From contig CBFFRP010000296.1 of the NCBI GenBank assembly GCA_965644295.1, forward strand, positions 62,001 through 126,000: 64,000 bases of DNA, given 5' to 3'. The notes under the pieces were generated by a model. The model searched no databases. It was not told where the DNA came from and saw only the letters and a list, made by a program, of their open reading frames with translations. Both the position numbers and the translations under genes were made by a program. The stretch comes from Paraphysomonas bandaiensis (taxonomy: Eukaryota; Protista; Chrysophyceae). Of the stretch, positions 61,127 through 64,000 are shown in pieces (the stretch's first letter is position 1; every line of letters starts with the position of its first letter).

Positions 61127-64000
61127 CTATGCACTTTTCTTCTCATGCATGCTCGTTGGAGACAATGCAGGGTAATATTCTTCCCACATTTGTCTTTTCC
61201 ACATCGCAGATTCTCGTTGTTGTTGTGTACTTCCAAAAACACGGAAATAAACCTATATGCTATGTGATCAGTACATCATGACAAGCCTATTCATGGAAAT
61301 AGATCATGGAAATAGATGCCCACAAAATTTCTTAATGTACACCAAACAAATTCAAGCGAATACTGACCATATATCGGATATTAGGAGAGTAGTTCGGGGC
61401 ATCTCGCCGTGGTGTATGCATCCCCGCCACCATCGTAACATCACCAGGTTTCATAAATAACTAACACATACTCGTTATAATGAATGTCATTAATTCGCTG
61501 TGAACACCTGTTTCGGTTCGCCAATATCTGGCTTGGCCATGTCCAATTCATCGTGTATGTTAAAATTTTCAATACCAGTGAACTTCTCATCCCCGTGCTA
61601 GAACATGGAACATAAAAATTGACAGATACATATATGGCAATCATACTACATTTCGGTGTAATTCCCGCAGCATTTCAAAAGTTTTGGCATGCCCCTCAGG
61701 AAAAACACACAGGTTTCCTTCAAAAGAATCCTCAGTTGCGCTAAGAGGTACGGCAAACAAGATCGAATATGCATTAATTTCGCTACAATTTACTGGACCA
61801 TCAATGAACCATCTGAAAACATTGATCATTTTGGAAGTATCCGATATATATGACATACCTCTTTCCTCCTAGCTCAGAGTTTTTGATTGGTCCAGACGAA
61901 GGTAATGAATCACCTAGTTGCGGATATCTGAGACTTATACTTGCCTCTAGACAGGGTGAGATGTTGCCTTCCCCTGTGCATGACAACCATAAGGGATAAA
62001 ACAGCAATAGCAGCTTATATCACCCAGCAACTTCTGCGCGATATGAACCAGTGGGGAATCGTAAAACAAAGACAATACCGATTGATCCGTCGTTATCTCT
62101 GGTGCAAATATTAGCAAAATACAGTCAATATGTAGATATTTTACCTCCTCTCAACTCAACATTACCAACCAAATCAACCTGTAATGTACAGGTGAGATAA
62201 CAGCAATCGACATGTCTACTTGACCTGGGGTAATGGGTATTGTCCCAACCAAAAGTTAATAATTTTGAGTGCAGCAGACACCAGTGGGCGAGGAATAATT
62301 TGTTCACACTAAAAATATATTCCACAGGTATAAGCTCACACTTGATCTGGCTGTATCTAGTTACAACACACCACTACGTACCGTGACATAACCTTGGTCA
62401 AAGTACCACTGGAGGTTAGCGGCCGTCAGAGCTAGTCAGTCAAAAGTAAAGATACAATCCGGTCTGTCAACATGCAAAAACTACCTACCGTTGGCATCAG
62501 GTACACTGTATGGTATAGGTTCAACAGAATAGTCTTTCCAATTCAATGCAACCTAGATCAACATAAGAACTTATTGAGTATAACTGGAGGTACGCACGGT
62601 ATGCCAATCTGGCCGGTGTAATACTTTGCGTATTGTTCCCGCTGTATCCATAGAATTAGATATACAATACGATATAAAAACTAACTACCTTCATACATGC
62701 GCATCAATACAGGCTCCCGCTTTAGAAACATTTGTCCTAAAGAAAGATTTACAGGATAGTTTGGCAGCTAAGCGACAAAATTCGATGTGAAAAAGCTACA
62801 CATACCGACACGAGTATTCAGCCATTTGAGCTGTTGATCAATGGAATCTTGTAGGGTAGGGTTATCTGAGCTGTGCTGTGTCATCTGCTGGTTTCTTTCC
62901 TGTACACCTACCACCGTACGGCTGGAGCCACCACTACACGTGAAAAATCAATATGGGTTAGTTGTGACGACAGCCAGATATTAGTCGTAACGTCTTCACC
63001 TGAGGTGAGTAGATGACGCCGAATTACCCCGTTGTGTCCGCGTTATATCTCCACCGTTCACTTGTTGCACTTGTGTGGGAGTATACGCAGGAACATCACC
63101 TGCACAACACTTCTGAGAAACTAGGGCAAGTATAATACACAAAAGCAAATACCCACAGCACTAGTATCAGTCGACAAGGCATGTATAACACTGCTGAGAA
63201 ACAAGGGCAAGTATAATATGCAGAAGCAAATACTTACAGCACAAGTATCAGTCGACAATGCATGCATGTCCTTTACCTGCAGCAACAAGACGCCATTGCG
63301 CTAACTGCGTCTTCGCACCATTCCCCTGTACTCGTCCATCTATATAAAATTTTCACCCAACAAGAAGTAAGTGATATCACAGAATAGAGAAAATTGCATT
63401 ACTCGAGCCGAGTACGAGATACCAGCCTGGATGTCCTGCGACGTTCGTCTTTGTCCGGTGACCTCTAAGAGAAATGAATATAGTAAATAGAATAGTGACA
63501 TTATTACTCATGAGATTAACACAAACAAAACAAACGTAACACAAAGCTCAATATATACAGTACTTGTAGTACGGGACAGACACTAGAACTTACATTGGCA
63601 TCAGATATATAGTTCCTGCTGATGTACTCTCAACACTGTACCGAGCATTGTCGTCTGCCGTCTGAGAAAATTCTATACATATACTCATCATGACCGTCTC
63701 ATTGACCGGTAGCAGTTACGCATATGTCAGTCAGGCTCACTCACCGACTTCACCAGTGTTCCTAATGCGCATATAGGAGCCTCTCATACGAACCATCTCA
63801 AACATCATAACACTGCGATCGATATAGTGCGCATACACCGCATCGTCTATTTGGTTCCCTGAGGAGGGGTGCTGCAGACGCACTGCTACTGTCTGTCCTG
63901 ATGTCACTCGGGTCACTCCTGAACCAGAATCAGACCCACACAAACGACGAGCGAACTCCTCATCAGCCGCACGCCGGGCCTCCTCCTCACGACGCTGAGC
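61127..64000 (-). CDS. 5'-partial multi-exon gene: MIU-like helix + beta-trefoil-like region + PhyH-like (2OG-Fe(II) fold) domain with substituted metal ligands
   Basis: Manually spliced fragments read ADEEFARRL, GWYLVLGS/GRVQGNGAKTQLAQWRL, LTAANLQWYFDQGYV, SISLRYPQ, KRWFIDGP, FAVPLS..EGNLCVFPEGH, KPDIGEPKQ|LFMKPGDV..APNYSPNIRYM|VYFRV, with a stop at 61127-61129. Last exons: 61368-61460 and 61127-61252. Confidence 0.8.
63108..63268. repeat. Intronic tandem duplication, 2 x about 81 bp
   Basis: acac.gctgagaaac.agggcaagtataata...agtatcagtcgacaa.gcatg occurs twice. Confidence 0.85.

Noticed and set aside
62700-62830. GMCSFF-like string suggesting a Gypsy reverse transcriptase
   Set aside because: It falls in a GT-AG intron of the 61127-64000 gene.

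Overview
Eukaryotic nuclear DNA from a flagellated stramenopile, probably an ochrophyte such as a chrysophyte. This is inferred from a Sig1/Ocm1-type tubular mastigoneme gene and very short (about 40-60 nt) GT-AG introns; nothing prokaryotic or CRISPR-like is present. The window holds about 13 genes. From left to right these are a giant multi-exon propeller/coiled-coil gene, a PP2C, a head-to-head pair of secreted (PTSx)n mucin-like proteins with poly-Arg/Lys blocks, an FG-GAP membrane protein, a PB1 protein with 15 His/Pro/Cys repeats, a cathepsin-L-like protease, an intronless secreted protein with a QxxDGSWG motif, the mastigoneme protein, a three-domain type I membrane protein, a small acidic protein, an OSCA/TMC-like channel, and a trefoil-like + degenerate PhyH-like fusion. 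AT-rich blocks between the genes contain decayed Copia, hAT and piggyBac elements and a roughly 450-bp SINE-like family. The best candidate for an undescribed system is the 17.5-48.6 kb block of mostly intronless secreted or surface genes, centred on the polycationic, RxL-bearing PTSx gene pair. All functional calls rest on motif recognition only; no database searches were run.
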